From Octopus bimaculoides (Eukaryota), in NCBI RefSeq assembly GCF_001194135.2, contig NC_068986.1, forward strand, positions 72,296,516 through 72,330,306: DNA of 33,791 nt. The letters run 5' to 3'. Positions 1 to 10,473 of the stretch are shown in pieces. Every line of letters begins with the position of its first letter. Position 1 is the stretch's first letter. The translations under genes were made by a program, and so were the position numbers. The notes below the pieces were generated by a model. The model ran no database searches, was not told the origin of the DNA, and saw nothing but the letters and a program-made list of their open reading frames with translations.

Positions 1-349
1 GTACGTGCGAGCTTGGGGAGTCCAAGAACGAAAAGAAATAGCAGCCGGACACACATGACCAAGGCTGTGTAAAGAGAAAGAGTAGCAGAGGGAAAAGAAG
101 GGGAGGAAATAGAATAAAAGTGAGCAACGAGAGGTAGAGAGAGAGAGAGATAGTAGTAGTAACGGTGAGAGGCGAAGGACGAGTAACAAGAGATAGAGAG
201 AGAGAGAGATAGTAGTGACAGGTAGAGGCGAAGAACGGTAGAGGGAAGAATGAGAGGGGGAGATAGATATAGAGATAGAGAGAGTCACGTTAGAAAAATA
301 GTTAAAACTTACTGTATAAAGGTTAACGCGTGCGTTCCGTCATGATACA
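1..349. repeat. Purine-rich segment with internal ~55-bp imperfect duplication; possibly the end of an LTR-like interspersed repeat truncated by the window edge
   Basis: agagagagagagatagtagt..ggtagaggcgaag unit occurs twice (~135-180 and ~195-238). It is CpG-richer than the flank and ends ...catgataca (TGT start on the minus strand). Confidence 0.3.
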
Positions 350-574
350 AACAATATATGAGTACATGCATATATATTTACATGTATGTACATACTTTCA
401 TCTACATGTACATATGCAATATTTAGGTTAGTTAATAATATATGTTTGTAACATAATTCAACTCCAGATACCATGGAAAAATTTTTCTTATGGTAAAAGG
501 TGTAAAAACACCATATCTGTCCAGTGTTGCCATCATTAGTAAGGAGAGACACAAAAAAGAAAGAAGAAAGCAAA

Positions 575-620
575 GGACTGCTGATGAGGTCACAGAAAGA
601 ACTCTGGCCGAAATACAATT
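575..620 (+). ncRNA. Degenerate minimal hammerhead-ribozyme-like motif
   Basis: CTGATGA at 581-587; stem II ggtcacag (588-595)/ctctggcc (602-609), 7 of 8 pairs; GAAA at 610-613; then ta, then caatt, which pairs imperfectly with gactg upstream of the core. Confidence 0.4.
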
Positions 621-2164
621 AATATAAAATAAAGCTGAAGCAAGTGAACACCAAATATATAGTGCATGTGTTTTCATTGGTTAAACAGGCAACATGACCA
701 TCCCCAAATAGATACTTGCTTGCTTATGCAACCAGATAAGTAGTGCTGTCAAATGTTAATTGAAAAGAGTTTGAGCAATTAACAAGGGATTAAAGCTTAT
801 GGATTAAAGATTTTACTTCCATAAAATTATGCCTCTCCTTAATTATGCTTCACTTTCACAGAGCCCTAGAAATGAAGAAGCACCCTCAATGCATCAGAAA
901 AATTATAATTTGAAAAAGAGTCATATAAAATTTCAAACAACTCTGTAAAATCATGCAGCAGTTATCGTTCATTTTGTTAATGTCTGGTAAATAAAACAGT
1001 GAAAAAACTATAACAAAAGAAAGCTAATTATTTCCATGATGCATTTATCAATTACTTGTTCATGTTTTTTTCTCTCTTCTCATGCTGATATAATTTGAAT
1101 GTGTCTGCAAAGTTACATCCTCATTTCATTCCTTTTGCACTTTGTTTCCTCTAATACTGGTACTTTTACTATTTTTGCTAACAAATTACATCAAAAGTTT
1201 TTTAAAAATTAATTTCATGACATTTAACAACTTTCTATTTTATACATGACCTATACCAAGCTATTTTTAGCCTCTTTTAGCACATTCTTTTACCTTTTTT
1301 GTTTTTATCTGTTAACAATAGTGGTATCATGTCAGGTTATCAGAGATAACACCTTACTGCCAAAACATAACCTGTTTTACTGAATAATTAACTTTATTCC
1401 TATCCTATCTTAGGCTTTTGAGTAGTTCCACAATCCCACTTGAGGATACACTAGTTATACCAACTTTGATTTTTATATCAAGGAAACATATATAGCTCTC
1501 TGTACGCAGTTTCAATCACAGAACATTTACAATTCAGTGAAAGTGTTCTATTTTTACAGTTTTAATTTACTTAAACAACTGTCCTAAACTAAAATAGCTA
1601 ATGTCAACTCAGATACATACAATTACAACAATTACAACCCTATATTCAATCAAACAGTAGCTGTCTAGCTAATGAGAGAATTTTTATATGGTCTCTAATA
1701 TTTCAAGTAATTTTAAGTACCTACCTGCATACTGAAAAGTACTATTATCTCAAGATTATAAGCTTCTTGCATCATAGCACTAAGTTGCCTAACCTTATTA
1801 GAGTTAATTCTTTTCAATCATTTTATTAGGATTTTGTGATTGATCAGTTACTATTTATATGCTAAGTTTTGCACATGTGGTTCTCATTATTTATTTAGTT
1901 TTTGCACACGTGATTCACATAGTTTGTTTAATCTTGGGAAATCATTTAAAATTATCTGAATGAAATGTTTTTCATGATATATTTCAGAATGAAAGGAAGT
2001 TTTTAAAAAAATGTTATTTAGAAGAAGAAAACAAAATATTTATAAATTGTAATATCTGTTATTGTATTAATAGGTGTAATGTCATCTGCTAATAAAAAAA
2101 GGAAATCAAAACAAGCTGTTATTTTATTCATTTTGACATTCAAACAACATTTTAGCTTATTTAA

Positions 2165-2395
2165 GCATGTGCACGTGTACACAGACACACATATTCATCT
2201 ACACATTTGTGCATACACACACTTACACACACACATATTTATACAAATACACAAGCACACACTCACACATATACACAAGCAAACATACAACTAAACACAC
2301 ATACGCACACATACTCACACACACACATACGCAAACATGCTCACACGCACACATGTGTGCACACAAGCACACACACACTCACATGCACACAGAAA
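2165..2395. repeat. Degenerate (CA)n/(CATA)n low-complexity tract
   Basis: Direct reading; accounts for the His/Thr-rich ORFs. Confidence 0.9.
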
Positions 2396-2446
2396 AACAA
2401 AATGATAGCTTGTTTGACAAATTTGACAACAACCTGACAGCTGCAA

Positions 2447-2578
2447 AGAGAGAGAGAGAAGGAGGGGGAGAGAGAGAGGGAGAGAGAGAGAGAAAGAGAG
2501 GGAGAGGGAGAAAGAGAGAGAGAAAGAGAGGGAGAGGGAGAAAGAGAGAGAGAAAGAGAGNNNNNNNNNNNNNNNNNN

Positions 2579-2626
<48 letters not shown>
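2447..2626. repeat. (AG)n/(GGAGAG)n microsatellite containing an assembly gap (N 2561-2578)
   Basis: Direct reading. Confidence 0.95.
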
Positions 2627-2631
<5 letters not shown>

Positions 2632-2664
2632 TGGACAGACAGACATTCAAAAGCAGAAATGAGA

Positions 2665-3960
2665 TTACTTATTTATGGATTCTCCTGTTGCTGATAAGGT
2701 TTAATTCTATTCTGGGAGATAAGTATTTGCCATGGATCTCACACTAATGTTCACTTACACCAGGACTGTTAGAGTGTGATTTGCAAGCTTTCCTTTTCAC
2801 TGCTATACAGATTTGTGAAGTTTACTTCCAAGCAAGTCTGTCTTTAGCAATATCCTTCATTGAACTTCAGTCAATCTTGAGCCCTTTTAAGATTGCTTTT
2901 AGTGAATTTATTAATCTTTTACAAGATGCACCAACCTTGCACACTTCATCTTCCTGTTCACAAAAGAAGATTACTTTTGGTAACCATAAGTCAAGTATTC
3001 TAAGAATTTATTAAGTTCAATATAATTGGATCTGCATGACTTAGCAGACTAGGTACATTGTCATATCTGAGAATTTTGGTATTAACCCTTTAGTGTTAAG
3101 ATTACTCTGTTAAATGTAATACTTTTTCACTCAAATTGTTTTGAATTAATCATGCATTATCTTATAGCTTTGAGGTTTCAATGATGTGATTGTTTATTTT
3201 TAGAATGTCAGTGTAGGTTAGGTGTGAGAGGTTAGATATCGCCAGTTTGAATATAAAACATGTACAATATATTGGGGCGGATATGGCTGGTTTAAACACT
3301 AAGGGGTTAAGGGAGTTTTATCCTGCAAGTTACATATAGAATCTTTCTTAGGCAAGACATGTGGAATTGGTTGAGCTTTTAAGCATAGAGGAGAGTTGGA
3401 AGGACGATAATATTTAAATTCTGGTATTAATAGGAACAGCTGGTTTGTTTCACCTCTACTACAGTTTTCCAAAATCTGCTTGATTCCACTCTGATATTAA
3501 AGTCATCAAGTAAATATAGGTAACCTGAAGTTAACATGCCTTAAAGCAAGAATTGGAAGTCGTTGTAAAACTTGTCTTCCATTTCACCGGAATTGGTCAT
3601 GGTGGGAGCATACATACTTGTAAATTTAGTATATCTATTCTTCCATTCAAGTGAAATTCTTAATGATATGATTCTATGATTTACTTTCTTGAAGGTACAT
3701 TCCAGTTGACAAGCAAGGAAACTTTTTGTAGTAAACCCAACATCACTTACTCTAACTTTCTAACTTTTCTTTACACCTGTACTTACTTCTTTCAGCCGGT
3801 TCTCTTCAGTAAGTCAAATCTCACTAAGAGTGACTATATCTACATCTCAATAATTTCTCTTTTTCTGATCATTAAGCTGGTACCCTCATCACTTGCAATA
3901 AACTAATCACAGTTGAGTGAGTTAGGCCTGGTTTAGAACACCTTTTCTAGCCCCATTTCC
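2665..3960 (-). mobile_element. Decayed, internally deleted RTE-clade (BovB-like) LINE: APE endonuclease plus C-terminal region
   Basis: Minus-strand translation gives the APE motifs DIVTLSEI..., SMYAPTMTNSGEMEDKFYND and YLLDDFNIRV (~3500-3860). It then jumps to IIVLPTLLYA / KLNQFHMSCLRKIL (~3330-3410), LPKVIFFCE...KRLINSLKAILKGLKID*..DIAKDRLAWK (~2810-2990) and a terminal C..GK....RI.L..ISNRRIH-like motif. Multiple stops and frameshifts. Confidence 0.8.
3086..3306. mobile_element. piggyBac-type MITE inserted in the RTE relic
   Basis: TTAA on both sides (3082-3085, 3307-3310); ends ccctttagtgtt / aacactaagggg (11/12 inverted match); second copy at ~23954-24176. Confidence 0.85.
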
Positions 3961-4469
3961 ATCATATGGAGTGAACAGTGTTGCCCTTGACAATTGATTT
4001 TGAAAGATAATATACTAAACGTCTTTTCACTGTTCTTATGAGTTCTGCTATTAAAATATCCATTTAGTTGTTTCTGATATTGCAAGGTTTTTCTTGATTA
4101 CTGATAACTTTATTAATTTTCTGTAATGCAAGTGGAGCGAGTATGGTGTGGGTGTATTGTCAATAGTAACATTTTATGTTTAGCTAGGATATCTTTTCAC
4201 TGCATATAAGAACTAAGAACAAGCATTATGAAATGTTAGCTCATTCACACAAATCAGTTCCACACATTTTTCAGTTGCAAGTCCTTTATCAACAGATGAA
4301 TGCAGTAAAACTACATCCATGAGGCCATATTTACAGGTACAATTATCAATTTTATTGAGGAGGCCTTCTGTGCTGTCACACAGATCTACTGATATCTCTA
4401 TCATTAGGTGTAAGGTTTGTGAAAGAAAGTATATTCTGTCATTACTGGTATTGTTAACACCGCATCAGA

Positions 4470-5870
4470 ATGGGTAAGTAGTCCAACAATATAATCTTGT
4501 GGGTTTTATGTTTTTTTACTAAAGCTGTTTAAAGTTGTGATTTCATTATCAATTGCTTAACAGTTATTAGTCATCTATTTTTCTGATTGTAAGATGTTGC
4601 ACCTCATTCTCATGTGAGCATTTAGGACTCTCATTCTTTCCGTAATCTAAATCTTTTATACATGCATTCTTCCATGCTGGTGGCACACAATAAGCACTAT
4701 GCATGCATGGGTCATTGCCAGTTCTGCCTGACTGGCTCCCCATGCCGGTAGCATGTAAAAAGCACCATCCAAACGTGGCTGATGCTAGTGCCACCTGACT
4801 GGCTCCCATACTGGAGGCACGTAAAAAGCACCCACTACACTCTTGGAGTGGTTAGCGTTAGGAAGGGCATTCAGCTGTAGAAACACTGCCAGATCAGATT
4901 GGAGCCTGGTGCGGCCTCCTTGCTTGCCAGTCCCCAGTCAAGCCATCCAACCCGTGCTAATATGGAAAACAGACGTTAAACGATGATGATGATGATGATG
5001 ATGATGATGGATTTCCAGGCTGGCCAATATGCATTTCTTTGCAATTCATATATTTTATACAGTATATTAGGTTTCTGCTCTTACTGTTGATATTTGCATT
5101 TGTAAATATTTGTTTTCCAGTTTGTGCATTGATATAATGATCAGCATGTACAAATTAACATGTACAACAATACTTGTCATTACACTTTGATACTGTAAAG
5201 TTTATATCACTATTATTTAGATCAAACTTTACCCTTGTCCATAATTACTTCCACTTTTATGTTGTTATTTGCTTTGAATTAAATTCTTTAATTTATCAGG
5301 TTATCTAATGATAGAAAAAATTCATTTTATCTCATTAAAAATATTATTGTAGGTCAAGATAAAACATATCTTGTTTTGTGTTCCATTTTCTTGATTTACT
5401 TGAAGTTCTTCTATAGAAATTTGTTTTGCATGATCGATACCATTTTGAGCAATAAGTGTGGTTATTTTTGTTTGAATCAAAATCCCTGGAGTTTGGAAAG
5501 TTATTTTCCTCTTAACATACATCATCAACAGTGGTACAAATATTCCTGGCTAGAGTGCATAGGATGTTATGCTTTATTATATATCAGGTACTGATGTGTG
5601 TCTTTCTCTTTATAATAAATATCTTTTGTAATGTTTGTGTTAAATTTGTCAAGAAATGGTAATTTTTGTGATGCAAATTTCAGGGCTTGATGTAAATTGT
5701 GAATTCTTCTAAGGTGTCTAAGATTTATCCAAATTAGAAAACAGTTGATAAGAAATTTTTTCTCTGAGTTCTCTGTATATCTTCTAAAATCTAAAATAAT
5801 TTTCCTCTAATTTTTGGTACAGATTTCTTCCAAGTATCCCATTACTGAGTTTACTGGTACAATTCACATC
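4470..5870 (-). mobile_element. Decayed Penelope-like element: RT C-terminal half plus GIY-YIG endonuclease, interrupted by a SINE
   Basis: Minus-strand motifs: VMGYLEE, CFLIW, KLPFLD, DIYYKEKDTHQYL, NI..TLARNICTTV, TTLI..GIDHAKQISIEEL, KCNDKYCCTC, SRNLIYCIKYMNCKEMHIGQPG; after the SINE, TERMRV. Many frameshifts. The 3' boundary is approximate. Confidence 0.8.
4671..5008 (+). mobile_element. SINE/short retroposon with RTE-type 3' end and (GAT)n tail
   Basis: Ends ...gttaaacgatgatgatg; internal duplication tggctcccat.c.gg..gca.gtaaaaagcacc; homologous to 6251-6490, 18286-18412 and 30378-30413. Confidence 0.85.
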
Positions 5871-6123
5871 CATATGACTATAAATATACAACCTATAAAT
5901 TTGGAGACAGACAGATATGAAGCAGACCTGATGTAGAGAGGGCATGTCATTGATGTGGTCATGAATAGCAATGACTAGCAATGAATAGGACATTGATGAA
6001 CCTAATTGATTGATTGATTAAATGATATAAATGAATCAGTTGATTAGTTAATTGGTTAAATGGTTAACTAGTTGCCTATTAATAACAGCGAAATAAAACT
6101 AGTGTGTGTGTGTTTACTATTGG

Positions 6124-6190
6124 CATACTGACCCTGCCAAGATACAACACAAGAGGAATCAATGCTAGATGGGTCGAAACAATTGTCATG
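6124..6190 (+). ncRNA. Hammerhead-like relic with damaged CUGANGA core
   Basis: gaccc (6130-6134)/gggtc (6171-6175) stem, GAAAC 6176-6180, palindromic acaattgt, GTC 6185-6187, atg pairing with cat (6124-6126). The core reads only ctga. Confidence 0.35.
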
Positions 6191-6250
6191 ATTAATAATA
6201 AATTCTCGTATATTCCATCTTCTGTCTTTCATTTGTTATATATATATATA

Positions 6251-6490
6251 TCATCATCATCATCATCATCGTTTAACGTCCGCTTTCCATGCTAGCATGG
6301 GTTGGACGATTTGACTGAGGACTGGTGCAACCGGATGGCTACACCAGACTCCAATCTAATTTGGCAGAGTTTCTACAGCTGGATGCCCTTCCTAACGCCA
6401 ACCACTCAGAGAGTGTAGTGGGTGCTTTTACGTGTCACCCGCACGAAAACGGCCACGCTTGAAATGGTGTCTTTTATGTGCCAAGGTAGA
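6251..6490 (-). mobile_element. SINE, same family as 4671-5008
   Basis: (CAT)n-cgtttaacgtccg tail on the plus strand; ttggcagagtttctacagctggatgcccttcctaacgccaacc core. Confidence 0.85.
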
Positions 6491-6567
6491 TACATACATA
6501 CATACATACATACATGCATACATATGTGTATGCATGTGTGTGCATGTGTAGTCATATGCACATATAC

Positions 6568-6618
6568 NNNNNNNNNNNNNNNNNNNNNNNNNNNNNNNNN
6601 NNNNNNNNNNNNNNNNNN
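6568..6618. other. Assembly gap within a (TA)/(CATA) microsatellite
   Basis: N run. Confidence 0.95.
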
Positions 6619-7221
6619 TATATATTTCAAGCCAACAATTTAACATTAAACTTCTAGTGTAGTATTAAGTAATTTTTAACCATTAATAAATGTTTTTCAC
6701 CTTACTCTGTTAACAGTAGAAGTGTATTGGTAGTGTTCAGAGTATTTATTTGCCATCTAAACTTTTGGTAAAGCTGATTTTAACCTTTTTGATCAAGACT
6801 GTTGGGATGAAAAGTTGACTTTTGAGACAATCTGATTAATGCATGCAACATACGGGTTAACTAGTTGTTCATAGTTTTTCTTGACATTGGAATTTTATTT
6901 GATTTATTGTTGAACTCTTCCTTCCTGTTGAACATTTTCAAAGTCAAAAGTCCACTCCCCCTATAATGATTCTATAACCGAACAGAATTAAATGATAGAA
7001 GAAGAGTTTTCTTCCTTACATTAGAGAATTCCTCACTTCCTTCAAAATGGATGTAAACAAGGTTAGTATGATTCTTGTGGCACTATACATTTCAGGAGTG
7101 GCTGACAAATGCAGCCCTGCAAGGTCCTGTATCATACAGGAAGTTGAGAGTTAATTAACTCTACTGTAACATTTTAAGAAATAATACATTTTTAAATCTC
7201 TCAGAGAGATTTATGCAGTAG

Positions 7222-7603
7222 TGATACGATGAAGTAGTTGCATGCTGTCAACTTAATGTGACAGTCCCCTGAAGGGAATAATACTACTGTTGGTTAGACT
7301 TAGGAAGCTGCACTGCTTCCTGTTGGCCTTGGCACATTTCCTGTGTCCTTATGTTTACAAGGGGGAGACTAGCAGGTCATACTACTCCAGACTGATGACG
7401 AGCAAAGACTCAGAAACATGTCTCTGTATGCAGGCTTAGCTGGGTGGAGGTGCTTGTCTCCCCCTTGTAAACATAAGGACACAGGAAATGTGTCAAGGCC
7501 GACAGGAAGCGGTGCAGCTTCCTAGGTCTAACCAACAGTAGTATTATTCTCTTCAAGGGACTGTCACATTAATTTGACAGCATACAACTACTTCATTGTA
7601 ACA
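7222..7603. repeat. 382-bp foldback element: 153-bp inverted arms around a 76-nt loop
   Basis: Arm 7222-7374 versus the reverse complement of 7451-7603: 11 mismatches, no indels (aligned by hand). Confidence 0.95.
7386..7428 (+). ncRNA. Minimal type-I hammerhead ribozyme motif (Penelope-type) in the foldback loop
   Basis: Stem I caga (7388-7391)/tctg (7423-7426); CTGATGA 7392-7398; stem II gag/ctc with C.A mismatch at its base; GAAAC 7413-7417; palindromic acatgt stem III; GTC cleavage triplet 7420-7422. Confidence 0.7.
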
Positions 7604-7620
7604 TTTTTATCATTATTTAA

Positions 7621-8070
7621 GTCTATTTTAGTAGTCATTAATGCAGAAGTTTAATATGCATTAATTCCTTTATGTTTATTTTTGTTATTTAGATTCATGT
7701 GTTTAGTGCAAGTCAAATGTTTGTTTAACCTTTAATTACTTTCATCATAATGAGTTTTAATTTTTTCCAGAAAGATTATGGTCGTTTACTATGCTAGTGT
7801 CATTAATAAATGCAACTAGTATTTTAGCAAATTGGTGTAATTATGGTTTGTAATTTTTCTATGAGTTGATTGTAATTTAATTGGTTAGTCATTTAGCAAC
7901 AGTTATGTAGTATACCTTTCCTTTATAATTAGTCTTTTTTAGTAGTCATTAACACATAAATTTAATCTGTAATAGTTTTTTTTATTCCTTTTATTTAATA
8001 GAGTTTATTAAGCACTAGTCTAATGTTTGTAAGTCCTTTTAATTTCAATTATTGTAATGAGTTTTTGATA
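7621..8070. repeat. Two diverged ~150-bp direct repeats about 310 bp apart
   Basis: gtct.ttttagtagtcattaa...aatgtttgt...ataatgagtttt at ~7621-7760 and ~7932-8068. Confidence 0.6.
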
Positions 8071-8128
8071 GTATCTTTCTAGTTCCAGGTAGATTGCATA
8101 TAAGCTTAATATTTAATGTCATTGTGAG

Positions 8129-8277
8129 GGCAGCAAGCTGGCAGAACTGTTAGGGCATCAGGAAAAAATGCTTTACAGTATTTCTTCTGACTTGAAGTTC
8201 TGAGTTGAAATTCAACTGATGTCAGCTTTACTTTTCATCTTTTTTGGGGGCTGATAAAATAAGTACCAGTTCAGCAC
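8129..8277 (+). mobile_element. SINE family B (gagctggcagaatcgttagc...ttctgagttcaaattc...gataaaataagtaccag), truncated
   Basis: Homologous to the multiple copies at 9.9-12.1 kb. Confidence 0.8.
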
Positions 8278-8337
8278 CGGTGCTAACACAGATGCATGTG
8301 TTATATGTTGTGAAATATGCTGCATATTGGTGCAGTA

Positions 8338-8530
8338 ATGGCTGTGTGGTAAGAAGCTTGCTTCTCAACCACATGGTTCTGGGTTCAGTCCCACTGTGTG
8401 GCACTTTGGGCAAGTATCTTCTACTATAGCCTCAGTCCAACCAATGCCTTGTGAGTAGATTTCGAAAACAGAAACTGAAAGAAGCAAAAGAAACTGATAG
8501 AATATGTACCAGGCTTAAAAAGATAAGCAT
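8338..8530 (+). mobile_element. tRNA-derived SINE family A (ggctgtgtggtaagaagcttgcttc...gggttcagtcccactg)
   Basis: A/B-box-like head; homologous to 11229-11620, 19843-20200 and 23561-23885. Confidence 0.85.
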
Positions 8531-9664
8531 GGTGTAAAAACAGACAAATAAAATATCCTTAAGTTATCAATCTTGGATTATAATTTACTGGATCTCAATT
8601 AACTAAAGCTAATATTTTTTTCAATTCTGCAATAATTAATTGGAGCACTTTGAGTGGAATGAATTAAGTTAATGAATACATAATGCTGGCGTTTATTAAC
8701 CATGTCACTCCTTAATGTACTAAACAATAAAACAATACAACATAGTAAATGGTTTTTTGCTTTGTTTTGATTTGTTTTAGAACAATATCCAGAGCTGTCT
8801 TTGAACATACTTTGATAGGGTCAAATATCATGCTTGATACCTGCTATCTGCTGATATACTAGCCTGTTTTGCCACTACCAGCCTTTATGAACAAGGTTAC
8901 TGGATTTAATAACATCTCTAGAAAAGAAATATCTTAGACTATTCTTTAATTTACAACCTCGTTCTGCTATTTACCCTCATGATTGACAGATTGTAGTCTC
9001 ACCCACTTTACATTCCTTAAAATGATGGCATATATGATTAGAAATTTCACTTGTTGATCTGTTGATTAATCAACATGTCATTGCTTTTTGGTTTATTTGG
9101 TAAGCCTGATGAGTTGAGAATTGCTCAGCATATTATATAATTTTATGCTGTTGTGCATACTGCATACTGGACTGTACCACATATATTTCACAATAAAGAC
9201 TCTTAACAAAATAACTGTAGCAATACCAGATAACCCATTTATTGTGCATATAAAAACCCACTTGGAGCACAGTGTTGGTATATATATGTGCGTGTGCATA
9301 TATATTTATGTATATACACATAAATATCAAACAATGAGAATGAGTGCTCAACACTGCATTGGTGGATAAAGATTCTTTATTTGTGTATTAAGGCTACCAC
9401 TGGTTTCATGTTAAGAAATATGTCAACAATTATTCATGCCAATCACATAAAAAAATTGGTGTTTATCTCCGTTTTGGATTAAAACATGGAAGTCACAATG
9501 AGATCATGTGAGAATTTTGTTTACTGAAAATTTTCCTTTTTAGTGCTGTTATTACTGCAGTTAGTATTACAACTGCTATCCCAGTAAAAATTGTGTCATT
9601 TATTGTTACTGCTATTAGGATTGAGAAAAAGACACATGAGGCTGGTTTCCCAGTTTTTTTTACA

Positions 9665-9852
9665 TATATATTCTTCCTCTGGACAGGACACTGGTCTGTT
9701 GCAGGATTACTCATTTTTGCCAGCTGAGTGGGCTGAAGCAATGTGAAATGAAGTATTTTGCTCAAGAACACAATACATCGCCCGGTCAAGGAATCAAGTC
9801 CGCAATCTTACGATCATAAGTCTGACACCCTAACCACTAAGTTACGCACTTT
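9665..9852 (-). mobile_element. tRNA-derived SINE (distinct family, CORE-like central region)
   Basis: Minus strand: gtgcgtaacttagtggttagggtg...gattccttgaccgggcgatg...tgtgttcttgagcaaaatacttcatttcacattgct. Confidence 0.7.
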
Positions 9853-9896
9853 CACATTACTGCTAATGCTATTGCAACATTATACTTAGGGATGAT

Positions 9897-10100
9897 GGTG
9901 GCAAACGGGAAGATTCATAGCACACCGGGCAGCATTTTGTTTGTCTTTATATTCTGAGTTCAAATTCCGCCAGGATCAGTTTTGACTTTTATCGCTTTGG
10001 GGTCAATAAAATAAGTGCCATTGAGCACTGAGGTTGAGGTAATCAATTTACTGCCTCCTCCGAAATTGCTGGCCTTGTACCAAAAGTTGAAACCAGTATC
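9897..10100 (+). mobile_element. SINE family B
   Basis: ttctgagttcaaattccgcc...ggggtcaataaaataagtgcc...aaattgctggccttgt; followed by a (TAC/TGC/TGT)-rich tail. Confidence 0.85.
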
Positions 10101-10473
10101 ACAATTAGAGATGTTACTATTGCTGCTGTTAATGGGGCAGCTGTTACACTACCAGCTTTTAGTGTTACTGTTGTTACTATTGCAATTGTTACTGTCACTG
10201 CTGTTTCTATTGTTACTGTGACAACTGCACCTGTTAGTCTTGCAACAGTTACTATTACTGCTCTTCATCTTACTTCATAGTACAATTGCAGCTGTTACTA
10301 TTATCACTATTACTATTGCAGCTGTTAATGTTACTGTTGTTAGTATAATTTCTGTAACTGTTACTGCTCTAAGATTTGCAGCTAATACTATAGCAACTAT
10401 TGCTAGATACTTCAGCTGTTATTTTTTACTGCTGTTACTGTTACAACTATTAATATTGTTGTTGTTAGAATAA

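Noticed and set aside
1490-1540. Minus-strand GAAAC-tgc-GTA motif
   Set aside because: No CUGANGA core or stem II upstream.
2079-2694. His/Thr/Arg/Glu-rich ORFs
   Set aside because: Translations of CA and AG microsatellites crossing an N gap.
4000-4420. Minus-strand 63-aa ORF and a possible pogo-like IDNTP motif
   Set aside because: One short degenerate motif; not enough to call an element or exon.
6700-7080. Possible Penelope C-terminal relic beside the foldback (minus strand, VYIHFEG...NSVRL)
   Set aside because: Resemblance too weak, with no GIY-YIG motif recovered; worth a TBLASTN only because of its position.
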